Source: Epiperipatus broadwayi (Eukaryota > Animalia > Onychophora). From it: 64,000 bases of DNA. The notes beneath the pieces are model-generated. The model was not told the DNA's origin. It did not search any database and worked only from the letters and a program-made list of their open reading frames with translations. Both the position numbers and the translations under genes were made by a program. Below, one piece after another: positions 40,724 through 53,401 of this stretch. The DNA lies in contig JAQFVV010000010.1 in the NCBI GenBank assembly GCA_028023455.1, positions 2,852,001 through 2,916,000 of the forward strand. Direction: 5' to 3'. The first letter of the stretch is position 1; the number at the start of each line of letters is the position of its first letter.

Positions 40724-41253
40724 ACATTACATGATCATCATTTCTTATGCTTGCTTATAACTGTTATTAAAACACGCAAAACTCTCTATACATATTGCCA
40801 CTCAGTGCAAGCCAGAGTAAGCAATGGATGCCAAAAGGAGTGTGCATAAAATCCCCATCTAGTGCCTACTCATCCAATACCCCCAGATTAGTTTCTGGCT
40901 TGTGGCCTTTGTCAGTAAGGAGCTTTAGATCTGAGAGCACTGCACCTAGATCTTAGGATCTAATGCAACTCTCCAGTAGCCACCTTTTATCTCTACTTAA
41001 CTACAAAACTATGAGTCTTAAATTGAAAACACTATAATATTTTTAATCCAAGCTCATTAGCTTATATAGTCATATAGGTCTGAACTCAGTTCAGTATCTA
41101 TACATTTTGGTGTCTTTGGTTCTTTAATAACCATAGCCACCACTATCCTATTAGGCAGGATTGGTTTTAAGCCAATAAACATCACATGATCACGATTTCT
41201 TATGCTTGCTTTATCACTGAGTGGCAATATTTATAGAGAGTTTTGCCTGTTTT
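40724..41253 (-). mobile_element. HHR element family 1, copy F (full monomer, degenerate ribozyme at 40880-40921, inverted tail)
   Basis: Family-1 monomer; core mutated to CUGACAA with AUC; inversion near 41215. Confidence 0.85.
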
Positions 41254-42949
41254 GAATATCTAATTGTTATATAATCTCTTTATTAGAGAAGCTTGTTTGT
41301 GAAAATATTTAGAAAGTTGTGATATTTCCAGTTTTCATGAATATAAATTATTTATATATAACTTTTTAAATGGCCTCGAAAGTGCTTAGCTTATAATAAT
41401 TTGTGGAATCTTTATAGCTTCTCGTTCAAGTGTTTCATACGCTTTTTAATTTGTATATTAAAGGATAATAAACTAAAAACAGTTCCTCTTTTAATTTAAA
41501 AGCAAATCAGGTAAATACTGTTACTAATGGCATGATTTCAATTTGTATTGTCAATTTTTAAATGATTGTTTGCCTGGTTACATAATCGAAATTTAGAAAA
41601 AATATATGGAAAACCTCCATTAAACTTTCTATATTTTCATACATATTTAATGTATGTATAACATTAGTTACATTTAGTGTTTTAATAATATGTCTTCGAG
41701 ATTGGTTGATTTATAAAGCAAATATATACTCTTAAGCTAAAGCATGAAACTTTTTTTTTTTGTTTATAGAAAAAAGTTCACATATCTCTTCTCTTTACTT
41801 TATTTTCTTGTATAGTGGGTTCTCTGAAACACTTTAGACAGAAACTTATATATAAATTAGTCATACTTTTTATTTTAAAGCTATTTTTAATTGCTTTATA
41901 GTAGTAATTGACATATTTGAAATCATTCTCATTTTAATTAAATATTGTCACTACAGATTAAAGAATGAAATATGTAAAATAAGTTATATCTAATGTTTTA
42001 ATAATATGTAATACTTTGAAATTATTTCTCATACAAATGTTTTATTAAGTAAATGTATACTCTCAAACTAAAGCTTAAGATTTTTTTTTCTCATAGAGAA
42101 AAGATTGCATGTCTTTTCTGCTGAAGACTGTAGTAAATATTTTTAAGTTTTATAATTGTTTTTACAGAGAAAACAAAAATCAAGACTGCTATCTACTTTA
42201 TCAGTTTTCTTGAAACTTCCCCTCAGATGGTCTGCTGTGGTTTTTTTCTTACCCCCCTCCCCCCGAGATAAATGGACGTCAGAAAATTATTTACTTAACT
42301 CTCATTGGCCATTCTCCCAAATCAACTATTATAACTTTTAAACAAAATGTTTTTCTGTTTCTGTTTGAAATATTAAAATTAACAAATGTTTTACAAACGA
42401 AATTAATTTAAATCATTTGTTAAAAACCACAGTTCCAATTCTATTTTTAATATATGATATTATTAATTGGATTTAAATACAAAGTTTAAGAATAAATATT
42501 TCTGTTTGCAAGATATTACAATTACAATAATTTTAAAATAAATTCTTTTCTTGGGATAGATAATTGTTCCTTCTTTCATTAACTACAATTTTGGATCTTT
42601 AACTTTTAAAGGAACATTGCATGAAAATAAATTAAAGTCAATTTTATAAGTAACATTGTTTATTTAAATGGACAAATATTGTATTAAAAATTGTATAGTA
42701 GATTATAATATAAATTATTTATAACTAACAATGATTATTAAATCTCTACAAAATTCTCTTTTTAATCTTTATGTATTGTCATTTATTACTGTTATACCCA
42801 AGTTTTTAGCACTACTATTATCTAAATCATAAGTTTAAAATTTTAGAGCTATAATTTACATTTTATATACCATTCTTTCATGGATAACCAATCAAAAGGT
42901 TACAATATATTGCTATTATTAATTTGAATAAAGCATAAGATTCATTTAA

Positions 42950-44140
42950 TTGAATGGGTAATATGGTGAAAGTTTGAAATTAGTTTGTTTCCAATGAAGT
43001 GTATTCACATTATACTGCTTCTACATGATGGAATGAGATGAAGTGTTATTACTGCTTGTGAAAACTGTAAGGTATTTAAATGAAAACTGTTGTTAAATAA
43101 TGATGGATCGTGTGATCTAACTGCAACTTTGTTTTCCATTTTTTATGACAATGGTCTTTGGAGTTATTTATAGATGTTTTCACAAAGCAGTCATCAAGAT
43201 ATAATACAAGTTTGATGGTGAACTTTTAAATAACAAAAAACAAAAACTTTTTATTTGGTTAAACTTTTTTGTTTTGTTTTTAGATTTATGATATGCTAAT
43301 GATCATAATATCCTTACCAATTCAAAAGTTAATCTGCAGAATATTCTTAATGTTATGAATGCATCCTATAAAGACTTTGGTTTAGTTATTAATATTCAAA
43401 AAACTTGAGAAGTTCTTTGTTATGCAGCAATGGAAGAAGAAAAAATATTCAACAATTTTTAGCTTGGATGATTATCAACTTTAAAATGTGAACCAATTTA
43501 AATATCTTAGTATCTTTTGTAGGTAGAAAAGGTGGATTTAGATGCTGAGATAGAGCACAGAATCCAATGTGCTTCTGGTGCTTTTAATAAACTTAAAATA
43601 TATTTTGTCTTTTTTTTTTTTAAATTCATCAACCCCACAATATTGTAACTATTTACTCGTGCACAAAATCAGACTCTTTTCTCTCCATACACATATTTTG
43701 TAAACAGTCTTGGCTCATTAGGGAAAGTAGAAGTCGAACTAAGTTAATTATATAAAAAGCAGTTGTTTTATCCAATTTATATGGTAATGTCATCTGAATC
43801 TTTTATCAGCATAATATAAAACCGTTAAAAAATTTTTGTTTACGAATGCTCCATAAAAATTTAAAAAATAAAATAGCAAAATCATCAGATATATTGATAT
43901 GTTCTACATCTTAGATATGATGTTAACTAGTCAGTAATTGTAAAATTGCATCTTCATGAATTGAGCTTGTGAAGCAATAAACAGTAATAAATTTTCTAAA
44001 CTAGTATTTTATGATTTTCATAGAAGAGACAGGCCTCATTTACATTATAAAGATCTTAGAAACACTAAAGAAATATGACATTGATTGCTTTTTTTAGAAT
44101 GACTAAGAATAGAATATAGTGAAGAGCTACAATTAGACAG
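42950..44140 (+). mobile_element. Degenerate RTE-clade LINE 3' RT fragment
   Basis: LHDGM, YAND (YADD-like), FGLVINIQKT, DAEIEHRIQCASGAFNKLK and PHLHYKD; related to 25650-28780. Confidence 0.7.
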
Positions 44141-44725
44141 ACTGTTGGAAATCTTTCACAAAGTAAAGTTCACTGCAGAAAAGTTTAAAGATAACTTTAC
44201 AATTCTGAAAAAAGAAAATCAATGGTTTTATTGCTTGGGAGTTTGTAAATAGCTCAAGTACCAAATAGTCCTGGGTGTGATCAAGGGACCCTAAGTTCCA
44301 GATCTCTCTATCACAATACCAGTACATGCAGAGCATTGCAAGATATATAAATATGATGTATTTATTGTTCATTGATTTATTTGTGTAATTATTGCAAAAC
44401 TTACTTCTAATATTTTATTTTTATTTACCAGATTTAAATTGCCATATTCATACATGAATGCTTATTGGTAATGATGATTTTAATTATCGATAATACCAGA
44501 ATTTTAGATTAACTAATAAAATATATTTTTGCTTGAATATATTTATTGTGATTTCTGCCTAAATGATTCTGTGATTTTAAAATATGAGAATATATATATA
44601 TATTACTACTATATGATATTTTTATTACTTGTATCTTAATTTTTGATTTTTATTTATTTGCCTTATTTTATGTTTTATGCATGGTGTTTGCTCTGCATGC
44701 ATGTCTCCTCGCTGCTTGATTCCAG

Positions 44726-44878
44726 ATTATGTGCAGAATCATTATTTCAACCATATAGATGAAAATAACTTACCTGTTCAATGGCATCGGCTAAACAATT
44801 CAGTATATTCTTTGCATTATACCAATTCCTCAAAATCTCCTTTTTTAGACTATGAGCATATTTACTACAGTGCAAGAG
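44726..44878 (+). CDS. Girdin: Candidate Girdin coding exon (153 nt, phase 1-1, possibly cassette)
   Basis: gattccag| acceptor and AGAG|gtaaaa donor; stop-free DYVQNHYF...IYYSAR; phases join 25421 and 45197. Family homology not recognised. Confidence 0.55.
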
Positions 44879-45196
44879 GTAAAATATAAAAAATTCTGAG
44901 GGTTATTAGTAAAAAAAAAAAAAACTGTCAAATATCTGCCTTTTCTACCATAAAGTAGTTACTAAATTATTTTTTGCACTATACTAGGTTATGCTTATTA
45001 AATTATTTTTTTACATTATACTGGGATATGCTGTAATAATTTTTGTAATGATATTTATGTATAATTTATCTCTAAGTTCAATCAAAATAGATCCTTTAAT
45101 ATTGATAAATCATATTTTCTTTAGTAAGTAATCAATTATTACTACACAGAGTATTATGTATTTTAGTATTCATGTAGAGATTATTTTTTTCTTTAG

Positions 45197-45304
45197 AAAG
45201 CTTTTCAAGCGATGATCTTCGTCAGTTTTCAATGGATGGGCAGAATGGAGATAATATTTTGGAAGAAGAGGAATCTCATGCTTTGAATATGCTTCGGCCT
45301 ACTA
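45197..45304 (+). CDS. Girdin: Probable Girdin coding exon (phase 1-1)
   Basis: ttttttctttag| acceptor and ACTA|gtaagt donor; ESFSSDDLRQFSMDGQNGDNILEEEESHALNMLRPT; compatible phase. Confidence 0.7.
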
Positions 45305-45384
45305 GTAAGTTATTTCCATTAGAAATAAATTACAAAGATGATATAATGATGACTCAGAAAAAAGAGATCTTTATCCTTTTTTTT

Positions 45385-45760
45385 GGTGGTTTTCTCACGT
45401 ACTGGACGAGCCACCAGGTGACGCTGCAGAACCACCAAGAAGCCTTCAATTGATACATTTTTTTTAAAAATATTTGCTAAAAATCACCTAATTTTAAAAA
45501 TGGTAGATCCCCTACCCGGCGCATGAGACAAATCGGTCAAAATCGCTGAAATTGAAATGTAAAAAAAAAAATCGCTAAAAATCACTTAATTTTAGCGATT
45601 TTAACCGATTTGTCTCGTGCACTGGGGGGGGGTCCCTACCATTTCTAAAATTAAGCGATTTTTAGAAAATATTTAAAAAAAAAATTATCAACTGCAGGCT
45701 TTTTGGTGGTTCTGCAGCGTCACCTGGTGGCTCATCCAGTATGTGGTAAAAAAAGCACCC
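45385..45760. mobile_element. MITE with long terminal inverted repeats (almost fully palindromic)
   Basis: cacgtactggacgagccaccaggtgacgctgcagaaccacc (45396) is mirrored by ggtggttctgcagcgtcacctggtggctcatccagtatgtg (ending 45745); internal arms are also inverted. Confidence 0.88.
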
Positions 45761-46381
45761 TTTTTTTTTAATTTTGATTAAAATAAGAAAAAGAGATGTG
45801 TTGATTAATGTTTGGAAAATTAGTCTTTTTATGATTTCATTGCATACTCACCAAGTATTTTTAGATATGTTTTGTCAATAAATTATCAGTTTATAAAAAA
45901 AGAGTAACTTAGATATATAGCCAATTCTTAATTTGAAACAAGAATATCTTTTCAAACTTTTGTATATTGCTATTTAAAATTTATAAAACTTTTTTTTCTG
46001 CAATACTGAAGGGGGAGTAAAAGTACTTTTCAATGTAAATCTTGTATTGTTGTCAGGTGAATGCAATGTCGGATTCAGTGTGTGGTAAATTTTACATTTT
46101 TGTTATTCATAAAGAGTCATTTTATTTTTTTTTAGCTTCTATATATTCATTCCTTAATCACATGTATATTTTTATTTTGATAAATCAACAATATACAGTA
46201 AAATTGGATAGATGTTTATGTCCTATAGATAAGCATATTTTTCAAGTTGAAATAATAATTTAGTTTATGTTGAAAATCTTTAAAGACTCATAATTATATC
46301 TAGATTTACAAATGCCATGAAAGATGTCTATTATACAACTTTTTATTAATATAAAGTGTTATCAAGATATGGTATCTAATG

Positions 46382-48950
46382 TGTACGAGCCAGGCTATAA
46401 TTTAGCAGCTGTATAATTTATAATATAACTTAAATTGACACATACAAGTTTAATATATAACTTATGAGTTTATTCACTCTGAATAATATATATATTAGTA
46501 ATTATGATTATTAGTTCAGCTGGCATCTGGCTAGTTGAAACAATAAACAACATTGTTTATGGAACAATTCATGTATCTGTAGATAGATAAATAAAATATC
46601 TCTCTAGCTAGAGCTTAACTCTAATCATGAATTATTAAAGTCTTTATTTTAATAACTTTACATTTTTTTTAATTGCCATAATTTTAGGCAGTCATTCACT
46701 AGAAATTTCTAGTAAGCACCTTACTGCTCACACACATTTCTGAGTCAGTCTAATTAGAATTGACTGAAGCTCTCTTTACTATTAATATAGGTCTGCGGCA
46801 CTATCAAATTTTCACTCTGCACTTTCAAGTTTCACTAGTCTGCTTTTCACTTTAGCTTTTTTCTTTCTCCCTTCTCTCCATTTTACAGTCTTTCTCGTTA
46901 GGAGTTCTGCAGGCATTTTATTAACTTTACTAATTTCCATATTATTAGCTTAATAGTGCAAATTAGAATGTTGTTATTTGAAGTTAGTCTAATTCATTTT
47001 TCTGCATATAATTTTTTCTAGAGTGACTCAGACATTGCCTGTATAGATCAATCTGTGCACATACATGTATATTCATCATTTTATTAATAAATAAATATAT
47101 AATTAGTCAGTACAACAATAATAAATCTCCTTCACTCTAGAAATAAGTAGAATTTTATATTTTACAAAAAATAATCTTGCCATCAGGCAGGTCTTGTTAT
47201 GGATAGATATTTTCCCCCCACTGCTTGGTAGTTTATTCTTCTTGTTTTAAGCCAATTTTCACCATTTAATTCTATAACTTCATCTTAAACTGAAGAGTTA
47301 TTTGCTACTTCTATCTTCTTATTTATAGGAGCATCCATTTTAATATCCTTTTTCACCCTCAGAGTAGTAGCTTTATTTTTTATAATCTCAATTTGGTATT
47401 CTCTTATGTGATTTATATGGAATCTCAAAACTCCCAAATCATTTTCTGATTTTATGTCTCATATTTATGCAGACACAATTTTACTTATTTCTCCTGGTAG
47501 TCATTTTTTCTTAAGTATATCTTTTATCCAAACTGTCTCTTTTACTTTACACAGGATGTTTTCTAAGTTTACATCTCTATTTTTAACTTTATCTGCTGTT
47601 AAAACAGACAAATGCATCCTTACGCTGTGCTTCATTAAAACTCTTTCGGTATTTTTCTTGCAATGGAACTTGTTGTGAAGTGTTGGATATCATCAACATA
47701 CTCACATTTATTTAGAATACTTTTTAACTGGTGGACTACTTCCTCCACATTTTGATTGAGGTGATATGCTGGTGTAGGTATATGTTGAATCTCCTTCAGA
47801 GCAAGGAAGTCTTTCAATTTCTCTGAGCTGAATCTCGTGCTGTTGTCCATTACAATGGTCTCATGATACCTCTGATAAAAAAAAGTTTTAAGATTTTTAT
47901 CACAGTCACTGTAGTAAAGCAATATTCATTTCATTTTGAATATTCATCTACTGCTATTAAAAAATATATCCATGGAATGATCCAGCATGGTCTAAATGTA
48001 CCCTTTCCCATCTTCTCATAGTAGAATTTTTTAGCTGGCAAACTCACTATTTGTTGGCAAGCTATACATTTTAGTTTGTTCAATATCACTATTTAACCCT
48101 GGCCACCAAACATATGAGTGCAATAATTCCTTAATTCTTTATCATGAGATACCTTTTGTGTAATAACTGTAAAACACTTTTCCTTCTTGCAGGCGGAATC
48201 ATTACTTGGTCTGTTATTAATAAGCATTAGTGGCATGTTAACAAACTTTTCTTAGCATTGCATATTGCCAGTGCTACATATTTTGTCATTTCATTAGCCA
48301 ACTATTTTTTATTCAATTTTTTATCAAGTTATAATCCTTATTCGTTTTAGTCCATTCTGTTATAATTTTACAATTAACTTTTTTGGATTTCAACTTATAT
48401 AGCATTTGAAATTTATTTCAGAAATTTATTTTCCAAACATTGACATTCATGACATTCTGTGTCACTCCTCCCCTTAATTAACTCTTTATTTGTAAATCCT
48501 TTTTTTCATTTGCCACTTTTTATTGCAGACCTTTGATAAATGGTCTTGCTTTTACATGGCCTATTTTTCTGCAAAATAACAAACAGGATGGATCTGCTCT
48601 AAATTTCTTTGTGACCTTGCCACATTTATCTGTATTTTAGAGGTATCCAACTCTGTTACCTGTTTGAAGGTTTGCCTATGGACTTTAACAACTTCATGTG
48701 ACCACTTTCAAGTCACATTACATATGCTTTCATTGTAATTGCATTCTTTCACAGAAACGAAAATGTGCTGTAAACTTTGATGTTATTGGTTTGAAGTAGG
48801 CATTTAATTTATTAGCAATTCCTGGCGGCTTCAGATCACATAACTGGCTGCTATTTGTAGGACATCCGAAGGTACTTTCAACTTGTCATCAGTAATCCTC
48901 AGATTATTCACATCAAACAATGTTATCATGCTATTCTGCATTTCTCTTCA
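46382..48950 (-). mobile_element. Internally deleted Ty3/Gypsy element (gag remnant, integrase, probable 3' LTR ~46382-47117)
   Basis: Integrase motifs SYVWWPGLNSDIE and IVMDNSTRFSSEKLKDFL...IPTPAYH; gag-like YFKPITSKF; polypurine-tract-like tract near 47125; LTR-like end shared with 50678. Confidence 0.75.
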
Positions 48951-48959
48951 TATATCCTA

Positions 48960-49437
48960 GTGTCTAAAACAGACAAAACTCTCCATACAGTAGTGCTATT
49001 CAGTGCAAGCCAGAATAATCAATAGTTGCCAGAAGGCTTGTGTATAAAATCCCTATCTAGTGCCTACTCATCCAATATCCCCAGATTAGTTTCTAGCTTG
49101 TGGCTTTCGTCAGTGAGGAGCCTTGGATCTGAGAGCACTGCACCTAGATCTGGGATCTAATGCAATCCTCCAGCAGCCACCTTTTATCTCTACTTAACTA
49201 CAAAACTATGAGAATAAAATTGGAAAACACGATAATATTTTCAATCCAAGCTCATTAGCTTATATAGTCATATAAGTTTGAATTCACCATAACCACCACT
49301 ATCCTGTTAGGCAGGATTGGTATTAAATCATTAAACATTACATGATCACCATTTCTTATGCTTCCTCATAACTGTTATTAAAACAGGCAGACCTCTCCAT
49401 ACAGTTATGAGCAAGCATAGGAAATGGTTATTATGTG
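48960..49437 (-). mobile_element. HHR element family 1, copy G (monomer plus redundancy and inverted tail; ribozyme at 49078-49119)
   Basis: Core CUGACGA-A-AGC(CACAA)GCU-A-GAAAC-UA-AUC with a stem III mismatch; short flanking repeat atatccta. Confidence 0.85.
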
Positions 49438-50991
49438 ATATCCTAATCACCTTATATGTATGAACAAATCTTTTCACAAGTTCTTCTGATTACCATTTGC
49501 ATAATAATTTACAGGTTTAAAACTGTAGTCTGCATCAGTTAATATCATGTTTTCCCAAAAGTAAGACCCAGTGTTATATTTATTTTTGCTTTAAAAGTCA
49601 CTATTGGATTTATTTTCAGAGAATGTCTTAATTTTTCTTGTACAAAAATTTACATTTCAAGTATAAAAATGTACATTTATTCCAATACTTCTTTTTATAG
49701 AAAGCTATAAGTTTCTTACTCTGGGAGTCCCCCACAATTTTTTTTTTGTACTCGCAATATAGCCCTTTCTTTTTGCATGCATCTTATCTGGCAATCAGAA
49801 TATTATTTCATTTAAATTTATCATTAAATCAAAAGTTAATTGAAGACTTGCGAGACAGGAGTGATAACAAAAATGATTATAGTTAAGAGTAGTTTGTCCA
49901 CACAGAAGCAATATAAAAATGCAAGCATAAAAGTTAAGAAAATGTTTTTTTTTTATTTTACACATGCACACTAAGTACTTCCATTACAACATATGGCATA
50001 TTGAATTACAACAATTCATATATGACACAATCATATCCATCCGTTGTCCAAGTATGCAAATTGTCAACACTTTCCAAATTATTTGCAATAGGTCTGCTTA
50101 AAGCATTCTTTTTAAAAACTTTTCCTTAGATGAAAAACAATCTGATTTAATTTAAACTAAACTTTGATAAATAAAACCATTTTCTGTTATTTTAATAACG
50201 CTTTCAGGAGAAAAAAAAAATTTTTAAGAAATCAAACTAATTTTTCTTTTATTTTGAATATTTAAAAGCTACCATGCTCAAACTCTAAAACTACTAAATC
50301 AACCATTCTAAATCAAAATATTAAATATAAATAAGTATTTAAATATATGTAAATTAAATTATACATTGTCCGATATGCTGCTTGTAGTAGTTAATTTGTT
50401 TCTCTATATAGATAGAATTACTTTTATTAAAAATAATTGACGAGAAAATATAAAGGAACCATATCATTTATATTATCATTTATTTAAAGAATTAATGTCA
50501 ATAATATTGTTTATTTATTCATTGGTCACTTTCAATACATCCGTCATATGTTCAATAGGCACACAAAAGCCATCTATTGAACTGCTGATCTTAGTTAGGG
50601 CTTATATTATAAGCATCCTCAAAAATCTTGCTAGGGCTTATTTTTTGGTTAGGTTTTATTTTCGGAGAAACATTATATGTATTGAGCCACACTATAATCT
50701 AGCAGCCATACAATTTATAATTTAAATTGACACATACACACAAGTTGTAATAAATAAGACTTATTAATTTCACATTCCTTGCTCAAGTTGCAATCTTTAG
50801 TATCTATATAAACATATCAGAACATAGATAAAGATGATACCACCTTTATTGTTAATGGAGGTTGTCTTGACCACTTTTATTATTAATGGAGGTTGTCTTG
50901 ACTACAGATTGAGATTGTTGATAGCTTAAGGGTTGATTAATATCATTCACATTTATAAACCTATTAGAGCCTTGAGTAATTGACTTTACAC

Positions 50992-51213
50992 CTAGGTGCA
51001 GTGCTCTCAGATCCAAGGCTCGTCACTGATGAAAGACACAAGCTAGAAACTAGTCTGGGGATATTGGATGAGTAGGTACTAGATAGGGATTTTATACACA
51101 AGCCTACTGCCATCCATTGATAACTCTGACTTGCACTGAGTGGCATTGCTGTAAGGAGAGTTTTGCCTGTTTTAATAATAGTTATAAGCAACCATAGGAA
51201 ATGGTGATCATAT
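50992..51213 (+). mobile_element. HHR element family 1, copy H (ribozyme at 51020-51061, sense to the host gene)
   Basis: UCGUCA-CUGAUGA-A-AGA(CACAA)GCU-A-GAAAC-UA-GUC-UGGGGA; one mismatch each in stems I and II. Confidence 0.85.
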
Positions 51214-53252
51214 AATCATATGAATGTTGCCTTCACTATCATGTTGAAAATGTTTCAATTTTTGGGAGTAACATTGATATATATACAATTTTCTGCCCAT
51301 CAGCAATTCAACCAGAGATTTACCTGTAGCCGGTGTTAGTATGGAATGTTGATGTAGTATAGCTTCATATAAAACTGCTTGCATGTTTGTATTGTTAGTC
51401 TTTTTTCAGAATTTTTTTTAATTTGTTGAATGACTTTCTCAACCAGACCATGTGATACAGGATAGTACGGGGATTCACAGATGTATTTGATGCCTTTATA
51501 TTTGCAAAAATCTTCCATTTCTCAAACAGTGAATCTAATGCCATTGTTGAAAACAATTATTTCTGGTAATCTGTAGCATGGAAAAACTGCATTCAAACTT
51601 AGTATAGTTTCATCAGCCTTCATATTTTTCATGACTCAATCCTCCATCCATTTAGAGTATGCATCTATGAATATGAGAAGTTTTTTTCCATTGATTGGAT
51701 CTGCGTGGTGCATGTGAAATTTCTGCCATGGTTTAGTTGCTTTCAGCCACTGTGTATATTCCTTAGGTTTTATACTTATTTTGGACTGACAAGCTGTGGA
51801 TTTATTGATGTGTTTCTAAATGACTACAGTTACCCTTGGCCATCAGACATAGTTATGCACTAAAGCTTTTGCACACACGACTCCTGAATGCCCTTCATGC
51901 AATCTTAGAACTTTTTTTTTCTACCTTCTCTTACTACACTATTCCTCATTAACACAAAATCCTTACTGACTGATAGTCAGTCACGATTTATCCAAGAAGC
52001 AGATACAAGACATTATGATTTCTCAAGTAGTCAGCCATTTCTAAACCAGCCTGTCAGCAGCTGATAGTCTGTATCAGATTTTGTCCATTTTTTTTACTAT
52101 GTTGCTGTTTATAGTTTCTGATTGTAGGATATCTATATAATTAATTTCTTTCCCATTACTTGGTGGTTCATCTTTGGATTTTCAAACAATGCATCATCTT
52201 GTTGAATCTCTTTCACTTTTTTTATATGATAGCTGGTAATCACATGATGTTAATATATGACTCCACTACAACATACATGAACTCAAATGATCAGGTGCTA
52301 GCTTATTGTTCACTAATATTCCCAATAACAGCTTATGATCAGTTATTTCATAAAAAAGTCTACCGAATATATATTAGTAATTTTTTTTTTAAGCCAAACA
52401 TATTAGCCAAGACCTCTTTGTAAATCTACTATACTTTCTCTCTGCTTTAGAAAGAGTCCTAGATGCATAGGCTATGACTCATTTGCCAACTATCCCTGCA
52501 TTCTATTCTGAAGCATCTATGTTTAAATGCATTTCGATATTATTATCAAAATGAAACAGTAGTTTGTCAAAGGCAGCAAGGCTTTAGTTCATGTAAAAGC
52601 TTCTTTCCACTGTCATTTTTGATTTTTCTTTAATAAGTCATACAGAGGTTTTGCTATCTTAGCCTTATTCCATAAAAAAAGGTTCAGAATAGCTTATCAA
52701 ACTCAGAAATGCCAGGAGCTCTTTAACATTTTTTGATTTAGCTGCATTTTCCATGGTTCTTGCTTTCTCAGGTGATCGTCGCTTATTCTTGTATGAGATT
52801 ATATGTTCTAGGAGTACTAATTCCTTCGTATTCCACATGCTTTTTTAAGCATTTAACTTGACTCCAAATCTCCGCAATTTCTCGTACATCTTAAACAGTC
52901 TTTCATGAAGCACTTCTTCCGAGCATGCTGTTATAAGTATGTTATCAAAGTAAAGTATTATGCCATCTAATTCCTGTAATAAAGCAATTTTTGCTTGAAA
53001 TATATTTAGCATCTTTGAAATGCTGAAAAGTAGCCAATTGCATTTAAATAATCTCACAGAGGTTGTTACTGTTAATATTTTTGCTGACTTTGTTCATAAC
53101 TGGTATTTGGTGAAAATACCTCTTTCACTTTAGGTACAGAATATGTACCCTTATTCAAATACTTATTTACCGTTAGACTATAATCTCTACATATTTGGAT
53201 TCAACTTTTGGGTTTGTTATTAGTGTAGAGCATAATTCAATCTGATGTTTCT

Positions 53253-53401
53253 ACACAGAGGCTGAGTAGGCACTAAATTGGAATTTTATGCACAAACCTT
53301 CTTGCATCCATTGATTATTCTGGCTTGCATTGAGTGCTGTTACTGTGTGGAGAGTTTAGCCTCTGTGTAAATAGCTTGTGATAGCATAAAGAATGGTGAT
53401 C
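53253..53401 (+). mobile_element. HHR element family 1, copy I (short, no ribozyme)
   Basis: Family-1 3' segment with a short 5' inversion; TSD atctgatgtttct at 53240-53252 and 53402-53414. Confidence 0.82.

Noticed and set aside
46057-46084. 28-nt micro-exon continuing Girdin (gtcag|...|gtaaat)
   Set aside because: Splice-like signals only, with no homology support and no downstream phase-matched exon identified.
10047-51191. Recurring short ORFs containing SSNIPRLVS (10047, 27085, 50964)
   Set aside because: They are chance frames through family-1 copies on the strand opposite the ribozyme; starts, ends and indels vary between copies.
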